Source of the DNA: a virus
Reading direction: 5' to 3' (one strand)
Virus record (IMG/VR): IMGVR_UViG_3300033148_007030
Coordinates: 34,003-98,002 of that record
DNA length: 64,000 nucleotides
Under the pieces are notes generated by a model. That model saw only the letters and a program-made list of their open reading frames with translations. It had not been told where the DNA came from and did not search any database. Below are positions 20,551 to 30,860 of the stretch, one piece after another. The translations under genes were made by a program, and so were the position numbers. Positions within the stretch are counted from its first letter, which is position 1, and every line of letters begins with the position of its first letter.

Positions 20551-23500
20551 GTTTTTTGCTTTTATTTTCTAATTTTTTCATTCTCTCATCTAATTGCATA
20601 ACTGCCTGATAAAGCAAATCAGACTTTGTGCCTATTTTTTCTAAATAATGGTTTCCTTCATCCTTCACAAATAACCAAGGATACTTCGGGTGCAGCCTTT
20701 TCATATCAAAACGCTCATGTTTCCATTCATCAAATATACCAGATCCTGGCTGTACAATATCATTAATTATTTTAAGGGCATCTCCTGGAATAATTTCACA
20801 TGTTCCTTCTGTAATGCAGTTGGTGACTGTTAAATCCACCATCCAGCCATGTTTCCATCTTAAATCAGTAGTCCCTAATTCCTGGGAGTTATTAGCATAG
20901 GGTCGAAGATCTGAACCATCTATTCTTACATATTCTTCATCTGCATCCGCATACACAAAGACTCCAGCTTGATGGGTAGCATCCCAATCTGAGAACATAT
21001 TTATTTGTGTATGAGTGGCTCCGGAATAAATTTCTATATTACTGTTATCATTTCCAGTGTCCATTTGGTCATATATAGTTCTTGCTTGCCAATTATACTG
21101 AGCAAGTTGGTATATTCCTATAAATGCTTTAATTGACCCACCTCCACCAAACTCATAGCCAATATAAAAATTCCCATCCTCAGCGGTAGCTGGGTAAATA
21201 GCAAAATTATCGCTTGTTTTATGTGCTCCCATATGAATATCAGTACCGTCAGTAACCCATTTAAGCAATGCAGGGTTGGCATCAGCCCCATTCATAATGA
21301 GATCGCCGCCAGCTTCAAGAGTTATGCTTCCGCCACTCTTAATCGTAATAGCGTTCGCCTGTGCCGTACTTATCGACACCCCTGTTCCCTGCACATACTG
21401 AAAATACTCATTGGCCCCATCACCTGCGTAGAATTTCGCCTTCCATCCGGCGTCATCTACCCAGATTAATTGTATTCCCGCATTCCCAAACGTAGCATCA
21501 TTAATAGCAATTGAACCGGCTGTTACACCAGTGCCTACCAGAATGGACGAGCCAACATACACATCTCCACCATCAATTTTCGTCCTATCACTTGCATGAG
21601 TAAATGACCAGGCAAGTTCATCAACTCGCTTGAGGTAGATATTATCAAATGCTGCCCAACCGTCGGCGGTAATAGCTCCCAGCATAAGAAGCAAAAATTT
21701 TACCCCCGCTGGTACAGTGTAAATACCCGACTTAGTAGTCCACGCAGCGTCTAATGAGGTTACTGTCGTGCCCCACTCCACGATCCCCTTGTCTTTATCT
21801 AGGGCACGAGACGACATCCATGCAGTGCATACTGTATCACTTTTTAGTGACCCGCCTAACTCATAGGTTTCACCCTCATTAACTTCAAAATACCGAGTAG
21901 TACCATCTGGATTAAGATAAAAAGGATGATTATTTCCGCCAGCTCTAACTACTTTAAGATATTTATTGCTATCATCTCCACCAGCAACCTCGGTTGATAT
22001 GCCTACTCCACTTGTCCAGTAATATGCATTTGTCCCATCTGTCTCCTCAAATCCTCCGTTCATAAGCATATTCTGGAGGGATGGGTTGCCGATGATCTCC
22101 ACGAGTCCTTTAACAATTAATTTCCCAGATGTTTCATCATAAGTTGTGTAATTTCCTGCCAAGGTGGAATCTCCATATGCAAACCCATACGCATCAGCAA
22201 CATAGCCGTAAGAACCATTAAGATTACCCAACCTCATTTGTGTAGTAAGTGTTGTCCAGGGAGCACCTGCATGAGTAATTACTGATAGATAAGGCGCATT
22301 TGCTTCTGAGGCAGTAATGTAGACAAAGCCATCTCCGCTTTGCCGGTAATTCACCACCGTCGCACCCTTTTTCCACAAGGGATTGGTGTCTGCTGCATAA
22401 TCCACGTTCATATCCCTTGTCACCGTATAGTCAGCCCCGGCAGCTCCTGTTACTTCGATCCACTCATCATCCGTATCATCCTTAATCCTCAGGAAATCCC
22501 CCACGGCGAACGTCTCATTTCCTTCTATAACAACATGACAATTGTCGAGTGCGGTCATAGTTGTGGCCAGCACATCTGCAGGCAACACGGCAAGGTTCCC
22601 ACCCACTGCACTTACAATATCTTTCTGAAATACGGCTGTACGGATAATCCCTCTTGCCGCTATATTTCCCACTTCCAATAAATCCGGCTCCAAGGTAAAG
22701 CCTGCCCCGGCCATGCCTGCAACATAGTTAGAACTGCGAATACGTAAATTTGCCCCATCTAAAGTAAGATAATCACCTGTTGTAGGTCCAAGCCTAATCA
22801 GAGTATTGTCACTATCTATATATACATTGGCATTAGCAGCTACAGCATTGTCTGCCAAAGCAGTAGCACTTATTATCCACCCGCCAATAGATCCTGAATT
22901 TGCAGTGATATTTCCAGACAATACAAGGTTGGCTCCATTCCAATACATATAATCAGTAGCATCCCCTAAATACATCTTCACTTTATTTCCGTCAGAATCA
23001 TCTATTCCAATAATGAAACCATTATCAGCAGTGGTAAAATCTGTCTTACCTGCTCCAATATAGATATCTCCTTCCCCATCTGCCACAGTTAATGTAATAG
23101 AAGCTGATTGACCTACTCCATCTCCAAGCAATATGGGTCCAACCCATGTCTCAGGACCATAAACTACATAATTACGTCCATGAGGATCTGAAGGAGGTGT
23201 AATAACAAAAGAATCATGAATGGCTGAATAATATTCTCGGCACTCTAGCTCAAATTTTGATACTCCTCCTTTCGTGATCTTGTCTATCACATATTCTTTG
23301 GAAGCTAAATTTCTTCCAGGAGCTGTGACAGTAATTATTTGTCCACGAGAAAGATCTCTTCCTTCCATACCTACATTAATAGCAGCTTTGTTATCTGAAT
23401 AGATAGAACGATTTTTCAAATAGTTTAAAACATTTGTTGCGGTTCCATCTTCCAAGACAAATGGCAATTCATAAGTTCTGGTCACCCCAAACGCAGCATG

Positions 23501-25354
23501 AACACCGGTTGACAATTCTTTAAAAGGTAATTTCTCATTTGTGGGATCAAGAGAATAATGAACTATTGCTTCTTTTAAAGATTCATTGGCAGGGATTGGA
23601 AAAACATCAATAACTTCAGCATTGTTATAGTACCCATCATTATCTCCAACATCCAATATACTTGCTCCAGCTTTATCAATCAAAAGAGTCCATTTTCCAT
23701 CGGCTCCTCTTTCAACTCTGGCCCTAGCTGGAAATAACAAATCATCAAGAATATCTCTTGCCTGACTTTGTTCAGTAATAGCCCCATCACAATACATATT
23801 TGTTATGTCATTAAGATCAGTAGCAGCGGTGGAGAAAGCATCAACATCAATAGTATCAGCTAACCCCCAAGTTGCTCCATTGAAAAATCTTCCAATAACA
23901 TAAGAAAAATTTCTTTCTGCTGACCCATGACCAAGCTCCAATCCTTTTACATCCGCAGTAAGTTTATGGTATACCCCTGAATAATCCATCTGTTCTTTAG
24001 TAAATCTAATACATGCATAGCCAGACCAGGGAGTTGCTTGTGAACCATCATAAACATTACCATCATCATAATCAGGAGCATTTGTACCATACTCACTAGT
24101 AACAACAAGCACCCCATCTCTCTTTACCCCTATATCGTTTGCATGATCTACCCATAGACTTTCTATAACTCCATAACCTATCAAATAATCATAGTAATTG
24201 TTGGCTATATCATTTGCTACGTTTCTTAAAGGGACGTTCCGACAATGACCAAAAGGAATGTTGACAGGCTCCCCAAGATCCAATGCAGTGGTGGCAAAAG
24301 TATTGGTGTTGACAACTTCTAAAGGAAGAAGAGTTTCAAGAACATCGTCATCCCTCATTTCAACATTTACCGTAACCGTTGGGCCAAGAGAATAATCAGA
24401 AATCTTTCCTCTGAACTCAAAAGAAGTTCCATCAGTGGGATCATATCTTTGAACAACAACCCACTTACCTCTTAATTCTTGATATTTTGCAATATTATCC
24501 CAGGTATGAGTTTTGTAAAAATACAAATTACTAATAGATCCTGACATTGCTATAGCATTGCCTTCATTATAAGTACATACTCCATAACAATATCGATATT
24601 CTTGTCTTGGAGTACGAAGATTTCTGACTAAGGTTTCTTGCAGATCAGTGTGTTCAGCATCAGTATAAATATAACAATATATTTTACCAAAATCCCCTTC
24701 ATCTCTCTTTCGGACGACTCTCAAATAATAATCAGTATTAACAAGTACATCATCATGAGCATCTAGTTTAGCTCCTCCGACGATTTCATCCAAGTATATT
24801 TGATAAGCGCCTGCCGTCTGTTTATATAAAGTAATAGCTACATAGTTCTCGCCAGCCGCTCTAAGCGCGTGGGTATCTCCGATGGCGTTAGCTAATACCA
24901 AGGCTTGAACCTCACACCCGTCATCTGCCGCTGTCATCTTCACATCAAGAAAAATTTCAAAATCCTCTTTAAAATAATCAACACCAAAATTATAATAAGC
25001 ATAAGCGATTTCATTTTCTGTTAATCCTGCAAAAGTAATAGTATTAGCTGCTATTGCTATTCTTCCATTTGGATCAACTTCGGTGTAGGCAGGATCAGTA
25101 AAATCTTGTAGGTTAACAAATACATAAGGACCTTCTTCTCTTTCACTAGAAAACTCTAATGTAAGAGATTGAGCTTGTTCAACTCCATAATAAAGGTCAG
25201 ACAATTCTTGAGAAATGTTAGGGCCACCTAGGAGAGTTCCGCGATAATAATTATCTGCGGCATCATAGAAATCTTTGGTGGCAAACCTATGAATACTTTC
25301 CAAATGAATATCAACTAAAACTATAGGATCATATGAAGAAAGAGAAGTTGCCAT
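20543..25354 (-). CDS. tail tip/central fibre protein with carbohydrate-binding-like domains and a C-terminal chaperone-like end
   Basis: 1603 aa after the distal tail gene; NMLMNGGFE CBM-like start; ELGT...RW and LYQAVMQLDERMKKLE typical of fibre C-termini. Confidence 0.8.
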   Translation of the reverse strand: MATSLSSYDPIVLVDIHLESIHRFATKDFYDAADNYYRGTLLGGPNISQELSDLYYGVEQAQSLTLEFSSEREEGPYVFVNLQDFTDPAYTEVDPNGRIAIAANTITFAGLTENEIAYAYYNFGVDYFKEDFEIFLDVKMTAADDGCEVQALVLANAIGDTHALRAAGENYVAITLYKQTAGAYQIYLDEIVGGAKLDAHDDVLVNTDYYLRVVRKRDEGDFGKIYCYIYTDAEHTDLQETLVRNLRTPRQEYRYCYGVCTYNEGNAIAMSGSISNLYFYKTHTWDNIAKYQELRGKWVVVQRYDPTDGTSFEFRGKISDYSLGPTVTVNVEMRDDDVLETLLPLEVVNTNTFATTALDLGEPVNIPFGHCRNVPLRNVANDIANNYYDYLIGYGVIESLWVDHANDIGVKRDGVLVVTSEYGTNAPDYDDGNVYDGSQATPWSGYACIRFTKEQMDYSGVYHKLTADVKGLELGHGSAERNFSYVIGRFFNGATWGLADTIDVDAFSTAATDLNDITNMYCDGAITEQSQARDILDDLLFPARARVERGADGKWTLLIDKAGASILDVGDNDGYYNNAEVIDVFPIPANESLKEAIVHYSLDPTNEKLPFKELSTGVHAAFGVTRTYELPFVLEDGTATNVLNYLKNRSIYSDNKAAINVGMEGRDLSRGQIITVTAPGRNLASKEYVIDKITKGGVSKFELECREYYSAIHDSFVITPPSDPHGRNYVVYGPETWVGPILLGDGVGQSASITLTVADGEGDIYIGAGKTDFTTADNGFIIGIDDSDGNKVKMYLGDATDYMYWNGANLVLSGNITANSGSIGGWIISATALADNAVAANANVYIDSDNTLIRLGPTTGDYLTLDGANLRIRSSNYVAGMAGAGFTLEPDLLEVGNIAARGIIRTAVFQKDIVSAVGGNLAVLPADVLATTMTALDNCHVVIEGNETFAVGDFLRIKDDTDDEWIEVTGAAGADYTVTRDMNVDYAADTNPLWKKGATVVNYRQSGDGFVYITASEANAPYLSVITHAGAPWTTLTTQMRLGNLNGSYGYVADAYGFAYGDSTLAGNYTTYDETSGKLIVKGLVEIIGNPSLQNMLMNGGFEETDGTNAYYWTSGVGISTEVAGGDDSNKYLKVVRAGGNNHPFYLNPDGTTRYFEVNEGETYELGGSLKSDTVCTAWMSSRALDKDKGIVEWGTTVTSLDAAWTTKSGIYTVPAGVKFLLLMLGAITADGWAAFDNIYLKRVDELAWSFTHASDRTKIDGGDVYVGSSILVGTGVTAGSIAINDATFGNAGIQLIWVDDAGWKAKFYAGDGANEYFQYVQGTGVSISTAQANAITIKSGGSITLEAGGDLIMNGADANPALLKWVTDGTDIHMGAHKTSDNFAIYPATAEDGNFYIGYEFGGGGSIKAFIGIYQLAQYNWQARTIYDQMDTGNDNSNIEIYSGATHTQINMFSDWDATHQAGVFVYADADEEYVRIDGSDLRPYANNSQELGTTDLRWKHGWMVDLTVTNCITEGTCEIIPGDALKIINDIVQPGSGIFDEWKHERFDMKRLHPKYPWLFVKDEGNHYLEKIGTKSDLLYQAVMQLDERMKKLENKSKKQI

Positions 25355-26137
25355 TTAAACCAATTCCTTAAATCTAATAGTATTTCCTATTACCAGATCA
25401 TTAAATTCCAATGTTCCTTCATAAGCCTCATCTCTGAGGCAAAGGTACACTTTATTGTCAACATTGTCATTTTCATAAAATATCATAGGATCAGATAAAT
25501 CTATTAAATTGAAAGCCCAAAGCTCCGACTCATTCGTTTCAGTTCTCTTACCGAAAATAGCAGATCCGAGCCATTGGTAACTATCTCCAAGATTAACTCG
25601 TTCCGTTCCTCCATGCGGTAAAGAAACATCTTCATAGGGCTTCTCGGCTTTCCTTTTATATCCCCAAGCCATGTTTTTAGTAAGTTCAGTAGCAGAACCA
25701 AGAACAATTACTGACCCCACTTCCCACTTGGTTTGGTAATCTCCTGTTGCTGCTGTGGTATTGTCTATAAATATTCTCATCCATTGAAGGTTAAAACCTG
25801 TAATTGGGATATATATTTTATGACGATTAACTCGTTCGTCCAAAGTAACATCAAAGGTAGCACTAGTATAAGCTGGGCCGCCCCACGCATCCGCAGCATT
25901 TCCTTCGATTACCACCTTGTCAAAATTGATGGCGTTAAGAACAACACCTTCAACCACGGTTGCAGCCCCAAAATCAAATTTAAGAAGCCAATCATCTTTA
26001 GTCACATCATCCGCTCTAAATCTTCTTCTAAGATGCCAATAATCCTCTACATTATCATCTGGGTACTCAGCAACTTCTGTTCGTGAAGTAATAGTTCCTA
26101 GATCTACAAAATCCCCACTTACAATAATATTTCCCAT
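25355..26137 (-). CDS. distal tail protein-like
   Basis: Position between tape measure and tip; beta-rich; ends FKELV. Confidence 0.6.
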   Translation of the reverse strand: MGNIIVSGDFVDLGTITSRTEVAEYPDDNVEDYWHLRRRFRADDVTKDDWLLKFDFGAATVVEGVVLNAINFDKVVIEGNAADAWGGPAYTSATFDVTLDERVNRHKIYIPITGFNLQWMRIFIDNTTAATGDYQTKWEVGSVIVLGSATELTKNMAWGYKRKAEKPYEDVSLPHGGTERVNLGDSYQWLGSAIFGKRTETNESELWAFNLIDLSDPMIFYENDNVDNKVYLCLRDEAYEGTLEFNDLVIGNTIRFKELV

Positions 26138-27708
26138 TATCTTCCTCTACTCTCTTGTTGTATTAATTTTCTTCCAATGGAACTTTTTACAAATGTTTCA
26201 AATTCTTTTCTTACTGCCATACCAGTTGCATGAGGAGTTTTACTTTCATTAACCTGAACAACAAGACTAAAACTTGTTGAATTTGCTGGAATTACTTGCT
26301 CTCCTTGATGAAGTTTATATATGCCTGTTTCTGGAACATAGTCAGTTCCATGTTGATATGAAGGAACATCATGAAGATGGAAAGGATTTTCATAATCGAC
26401 AAAAGTAGCTATTTTATCCAATGCTTCCAACTGCTGTTCCTGTATCGCCAACTGCTGTGCCTGAATCTCATACTCAGATATTCGTTCCTCTGCGACCCCT
26501 TTCAGACCTTCTAATGCATCCAACACAGAATAGTAAATATTTTGATACTCTGTGGAGGGTCTTTGGTGCACCTCTTGGGCAATATTCAGATATTCTCCCC
26601 ACAAATCTTGAAGTTTTTGTACATCAGAAGGGCTTGTAGGCGATCCATATCCAGAAATCTCCTGTTGTAATAAAGCCATTCTTTCTAAAGCCGTTGCTGG
26701 GCTGGCTTTACTTATTTTGATTTTTAAAATTTGATCATCAATGGATTCTAATACAGACTTCCAATCTTCAAGTGTTCCAGTAAAATCTTCTGATTCATCA
26801 TTCAAATCTTGTAATGCTTTATATTGTAATTCATAGGCATAATTAACCAAATTCAACCCAGTTCCTAAAGCCTCAGCTACTTCAATTTGTTCTTTATACC
26901 ATTCATCAAGAGCGTATAATTGTTGTTCATAATCACTTAAAGTATGACTTCTGATAATCTCTTCCAATCCACCAAGAAACGAACTGGTCAAAGCTGCTAA
27001 CTGGGCAGCGTAAGCTGCACCTACTGTATTTCCAGCCTCTTCGAGTTGTTGAGCTAATTCTTCAAAAAAAGCTACTTGTTCGTCAATAGCTATATTTATC
27101 AAATCAATCTCATGTGGAATACCCCCAAGAGATGGTAATAAAGCCGCTTGTATAGCTTCATACTCTTGCCTTGCCGCATTAAATTCTCGTAACCAACTCA
27201 TAAAAGGATCGCCTACTGCTTCAAAGCCGGCAGGCATTGTAAATACCCCTTCTAATAACTCCTCAAGAGTGGGAACAGAAAAATCAATACCTGAACGGGC
27301 GAAACTTTCACTAAGATCTACAAGATGATCTCGAAATTCTGTGGCAGAGGCTAGCCAATCTGTTTCAGAATCTGCTAAATCCGAAACCACTTGGCCATAT
27401 TCCTGTTCTAAAGCAGCTATTTCTGCTGTATAGTCTTCAAGTATACTGGGAATAGCATCCATTTCTTCTCGAATAGCATCCATAGTTTCATCCATCTGAT
27501 CTCGCCACTTTTCCAAATTATAAAGTTGCATTTGCATTGGAGAAAGTCCTATAGTCTCAATAATACCTTGAGCTTCCTCCCCTGTCGCTAGAAGAGACTC
27601 TTGCTGTTTTAATAATAATTGTTTTTTAGATAATTCGTAGGCCTCTCTCAGAAGTTCTACTGATTCAGATCCTAAAGCTCTTGCCGCATCTATTTGAGTT
27701 TTACTAAT
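26137..27708 (-). CDS. tape measure protein, C-terminal part (frame open from 27708; first ATG 27537)
   Basis: Helical repeats; C-terminal SYQHGTDYVP..G...LHQGEQVIPA typical of TMP ends. Confidence 0.75.
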   Translation of the reverse strand: MSKTQIDAARALGSESVELLREAYELSKKQLLLKQQESLLATGEEAQGIIETIGLSPMQMQLYNLEKWRDQMDETMDAIREEMDAIPSILEDYTAEIAALEQEYGQVVSDLADSETDWLASATEFRDHLVDLSESFARSGIDFSVPTLEELLEGVFTMPAGFEAVGDPFMSWLREFNAARQEYEAIQAALLPSLGGIPHEIDLINIAIDEQVAFFEELAQQLEEAGNTVGAAYAAQLAALTSSFLGGLEEIIRSHTLSDYEQQLYALDEWYKEQIEVAEALGTGLNLVNYAYELQYKALQDLNDESEDFTGTLEDWKSVLESIDDQILKIKISKASPATALERMALLQQEISGYGSPTSPSDVQKLQDLWGEYLNIAQEVHQRPSTEYQNIYYSVLDALEGLKGVAEERISEYEIQAQQLAIQEQQLEALDKIATFVDYENPFHLHDVPSYQHGTDYVPETGIYKLHQGEQVIPANSTSFSLVVQVNESKTPHATGMAVRKEFETFVKSSIGRKLIQQESRGR

Positions 27709-30029
27709 TTACCCCTTTCATAATCACTGGGATCTAATCTAACCTGATTAAGTATATCTAGTAAAGGTTCCTCAAACGATGTTTTCAACTTTTCTTTTAC
27801 CTTTGCTAAAACTTCTGCCCTTTGTTCTTCTAATCTATTAATTTCATTTGTGGATGCTCCCAACTCACTGAGTGTTCTTAACCAGGTATCAAATTGTGAG
27901 TTTACCCGCCGCATTTCTTTTGTAACATCATCCAAAGGATAGGTTATTTGAAGAACTTGATCATAAATATCAGTCCATGCATTGGATAATTCCTGCAATC
28001 GTCTAGCTTCTTCAGCATGTTCAGCCTTTCGTTTGTTAGATCGACTCTCTGAATAGGAATAGGTTGCATACAAAGCCGCTGCACCCATTGCAACAGTTTC
28101 TAACATTCCTGTTGTTGCTGCTGACGTTGCTGCTGACGTAGCTTGATCTCCAGAATCTGATTGGATAGAAAGCTTTATTTTTTTCACTAATGCAGCCGCA
28201 GCCATCTCAGAAAGAGTTCGTATAAACAAATTTTTCATGGAGGTCATCAAGTCTTTCCAGCCATCCATCTGCCCACTAAAAATATTATAAAAAGTATCAG
28301 CAAAAGCGCCTTGAACTCTACTAAGAAAAGTTTTGTAAGTTTCTTCTAATAAAGTGAGGTTTTCTTTAGTTTTCTCTACATCAGTAGGAACCCATTGCTC
28401 ATAATCAAAGGGGGCTCCATATTCTAACGATGCTGCTTCTTTTGCTGCTTTTACATATGCCTCCATAGTATGAACCTGAACCTCTGTAGGTATTAGAACT
28501 TCCCAATCAAATGGTTCTGCATATTCAATTGCAGCTAATGTTTTGGCCAATTTAATATAATCAGCTGTTTCCTTATTTAATTTCTTCAATTCTTCTTTGG
28601 TTAATTCTACTTTTTCCTTTACTTTTTCGAAATGTATTGTCCAATCTTCATATCCTGGCAGCAAATCTTCAACTTTTGCAGCGTTTTTCATATCTTCAAG
28701 AGTATCTATAAAACCTTGAAATTGGGTATTGGTATTTTTTATAGAGTCAATTAAATCAATGGACATAGCTGCCCCAGCGTTTTTCATGTGCTCAAACTCA
28801 CTTTGAATACCTTTCAAACCTGCTATAGAATCATCAAGTCCCCCAGTAAGATATTTCCCTCCCGGGTATAATTCAGCTAGATACTTTTGGGATTTAGCAA
28901 TCTTTAAAAGAACAGTTACAAAAGTTTCTCCTAATGCAGATACCGCGGTCATTGTGGCAGAAAATGCCAGTGAAATTCCTCGAACAGTATTTATAAATAA
29001 TCTCACCCCTTTCGCTGCAAATTGAAATGATGTTATTATTGCTTTAGCAGTATTATGAGCCCATTCATCCATTGCACCTTCCATTTTAAATCTTTCTAAT
29101 TCTACCAACAAAGCCGTGGCTTGCTCCTTCATAACTTGAAATGGACCAGCATCCATAACTAAATTTCTAAACTGAAACCATTTATCTGCAAACATACTCA
29201 TGGCACCTTCCCAAGTTTTTGCTAATTCTTTCGTAACATCTTTGAATTTACTATCCTCAGCATTCCAAGCATCAAACATCATCTTTTTGGTATCTTCTAC
29301 AGAATATCGAACCCCTGCTTTAAATCCCATCATGGCCAAAACACCCCGTTCTCGAAATAAATCCGCAGAAGCAGCACCAGCAGAATACATTCTAACTATT
29401 TGAGAAGTAGTAGTCATAATATCAAGACCAGTTGCAGCAGCGAGATCCCCAATCATGGGCATCCATTTTTTTATCTCATCAACTCCCCCTTTCATAACTC
29501 CTGATAATGTAGTAGCTGCATCCATAATTTCTGCATATTGAAAAGGAACTCTTCCTGCATAATCTGCCATTGCTTCAAAAAGTTTGTTTCCTTCCGAAAC
29601 ACTTCCCAACAAAGCATTAAGACGAGTTCTATACCCCTCAGAAGCAACAGCTGCCTCAGTAAAACTTTTAGATAACCTCATCAACCCATAAACACCAATA
29701 ACCCCGCCCATGACAGCTTTAAGACTGAGCATAGATTTTCCTACTGATGTTACCCCTCCTTTCAAAGTAGACATAGCTCCAGAAAGATTCCCTGTTTTCA
29801 TTTGTAATTTTGCTACTTCAAGGCGAGTTAACTTAGCAGAAGTTTTCAATTTATCTAAAGCAGCTTTTCCTTTATCTGCCCCCATCTTCTTTAGCATGCG
29901 TTGTTCGAGCTTTTTTATATCCTTCTCTGTTTTTACAGTCTCCAATCCAAGAGTATTAAAAGCTTTACGAAGATCATTAGAAGCTTTTTTTGCCTCATCA
30001 GCGTCTATTTTTATTTTGATTCCGGCCAC
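27690..30029 (-). CDS. tape measure protein, N-terminal part
   Basis: Tape_meas-like core (VPF...I..AA...IGDLAAA...LFRERG); Ala/Lys-rich helices. Confidence 0.85.
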   Translation of the reverse strand: MAGIKIKIDADEAKKASNDLRKAFNTLGLETVKTEKDIKKLEQRMLKKMGADKGKAALDKLKTSAKLTRLEVAKLQMKTGNLSGAMSTLKGGVTSVGKSMLSLKAVMGGVIGVYGLMRLSKSFTEAAVASEGYRTRLNALLGSVSEGNKLFEAMADYAGRVPFQYAEIMDAATTLSGVMKGGVDEIKKWMPMIGDLAAATGLDIMTTTSQIVRMYSAGAASADLFRERGVLAMMGFKAGVRYSVEDTKKMMFDAWNAEDSKFKDVTKELAKTWEGAMSMFADKWFQFRNLVMDAGPFQVMKEQATALLVELERFKMEGAMDEWAHNTAKAIITSFQFAAKGVRLFINTVRGISLAFSATMTAVSALGETFVTVLLKIAKSQKYLAELYPGGKYLTGGLDDSIAGLKGIQSEFEHMKNAGAAMSIDLIDSIKNTNTQFQGFIDTLEDMKNAAKVEDLLPGYEDWTIHFEKVKEKVELTKEELKKLNKETADYIKLAKTLAAIEYAEPFDWEVLIPTEVQVHTMEAYVKAAKEAASLEYGAPFDYEQWVPTDVEKTKENLTLLEETYKTFLSRVQGAFADTFYNIFSGQMDGWKDLMTSMKNLFIRTLSEMAAAALVKKIKLSIQSDSGDQATSAATSAATTGMLETVAMGAAALYATYSYSESRSNKRKAEHAEEARRLQELSNAWTDIYDQVLQITYPLDDVTKEMRRVNSQFDTWLRTLSELGASTNEINRLEEQRAEVLAKVKEKLKTSFEEPLLDILNQVRLDPSDYERGKLVKLK

Positions 30030-30040
30030 TTAATAGCACC

Positions 30041-30400
30041 TCAATGAATAGTTTGTTTAGGTTGTTTTGAAGAATCTTTTTTCATTTTCTCCTGCATCCT
30101 TGGGTAAATAATATCCTCTATTAAAAGGACTCTTTCAAAATCTTCTAAAAAAGCACCGTAAGCATCACATAAATCAATAGCTGCTCGTACATCAATAGAA
30201 CCTACTGAACTAAACCCTAATGGTCGAGAATGCCTATCACAAATCCCCCAAATCTTCCACACAAGTCTGTTCTCTGGTAACAAATCATTAGGCTTAGGGC
30301 ATTCATGACAAGGTGGATCTCCATCATATAGTTCCCTACAAGTTATACAATCTACCCTTCCTTCTTGGCTGGACCACTCTGCCCAGCGACTAAGTTTTTT
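30041..30400 (-). CDS. tail assembly chaperone, -1 frameshift extension (gpGT-like, DUF1799-like)
   Basis: -1 frame open from the slippery site: KLSRWAEW...CITC...PPCHEC...LLPEN..VW.IW. Confidence 0.8.
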   Translation of the reverse strand, partial: KKLSRWAEWSSQEGRVDCITCRELYDGDPPCHECPKPNDLLPENRLVWKIWGICDRHSRPLGFSSVGSIDVRAAIDLCDAYGAFLEDFERVLLIEDIIYPRMQEKMKKDSSKQPKQTIH

Positions 30401-30765
30401 TCCAACTCCTCCTGCTCTTCTACTCTTTGTGCCCCAATCTTATCTGCCTGAGCCAAAACACGATCAATAAGATCAGAATTGTATAGATAAGCTATTTCTT
30501 TATTAAACCTATTACATTCCAGTGGTTTGCCATTTTCATCTTCAATTCCTGTCCAATCTTTAATTACCTCCACCACTTTGGATATTTTAAATTTATAAAA
30601 ATCAGGATTTTCAAACCTCTGATTTCTATCCCATTCTTTTTGTTTGCACTTCTCAATAAGTTCAAAATCCTCTTTCGGAGTCATGGGAGCCACCAAAAAC
30701 TGGGCTTCCAGTTCCCCTATAGTTTCAGTAATCCATATTTCTGTCTTCTTAGTCTTAAGTTTCAT
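30352..30765 (-). CDS. tail assembly chaperone (gpG-like; true start MKLKT at 30765)
   Basis: GGAGG RBS; IKDWTGIEDENGKPL; ends EKNL at the slippery site. Confidence 0.8.
   Translation of the reverse strand: MKLKTKKTEIWITETIGELEAQFLVAPMTPKEDFELIEKCKQKEWDRNQRFENPDFYKFKISKVVEVIKDWTGIEDENGKPLECNRFNKEIAYLYNSDLIDRVLAQADKIGAQRVEEQEELEKNLVAGQSGPAKKEG
30394..30400 (-). other. programmed -1 frameshift slippery heptamer A AAA AAC
   Basis: GAA AAA AAC at the end of the chaperone ORF; the -1 frame joins the downstream ORF. Confidence 0.85.
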
Positions 30766-30860
30766 TTTATAACCTCCCGGTTTTGGCCCGGATGATTTAA
30801 CGTGGCAGGGGAATCCGGGAACCCTTTTCAACCCCGAAGGATCTAGCCACGTTTAACTCA

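Noticed and set aside
20543-25354. Diversity-generating retroelement acting on the tail fibre
   Set aside because: No reverse transcriptase and no TR/VR pair with adenine-specific mismatches were seen
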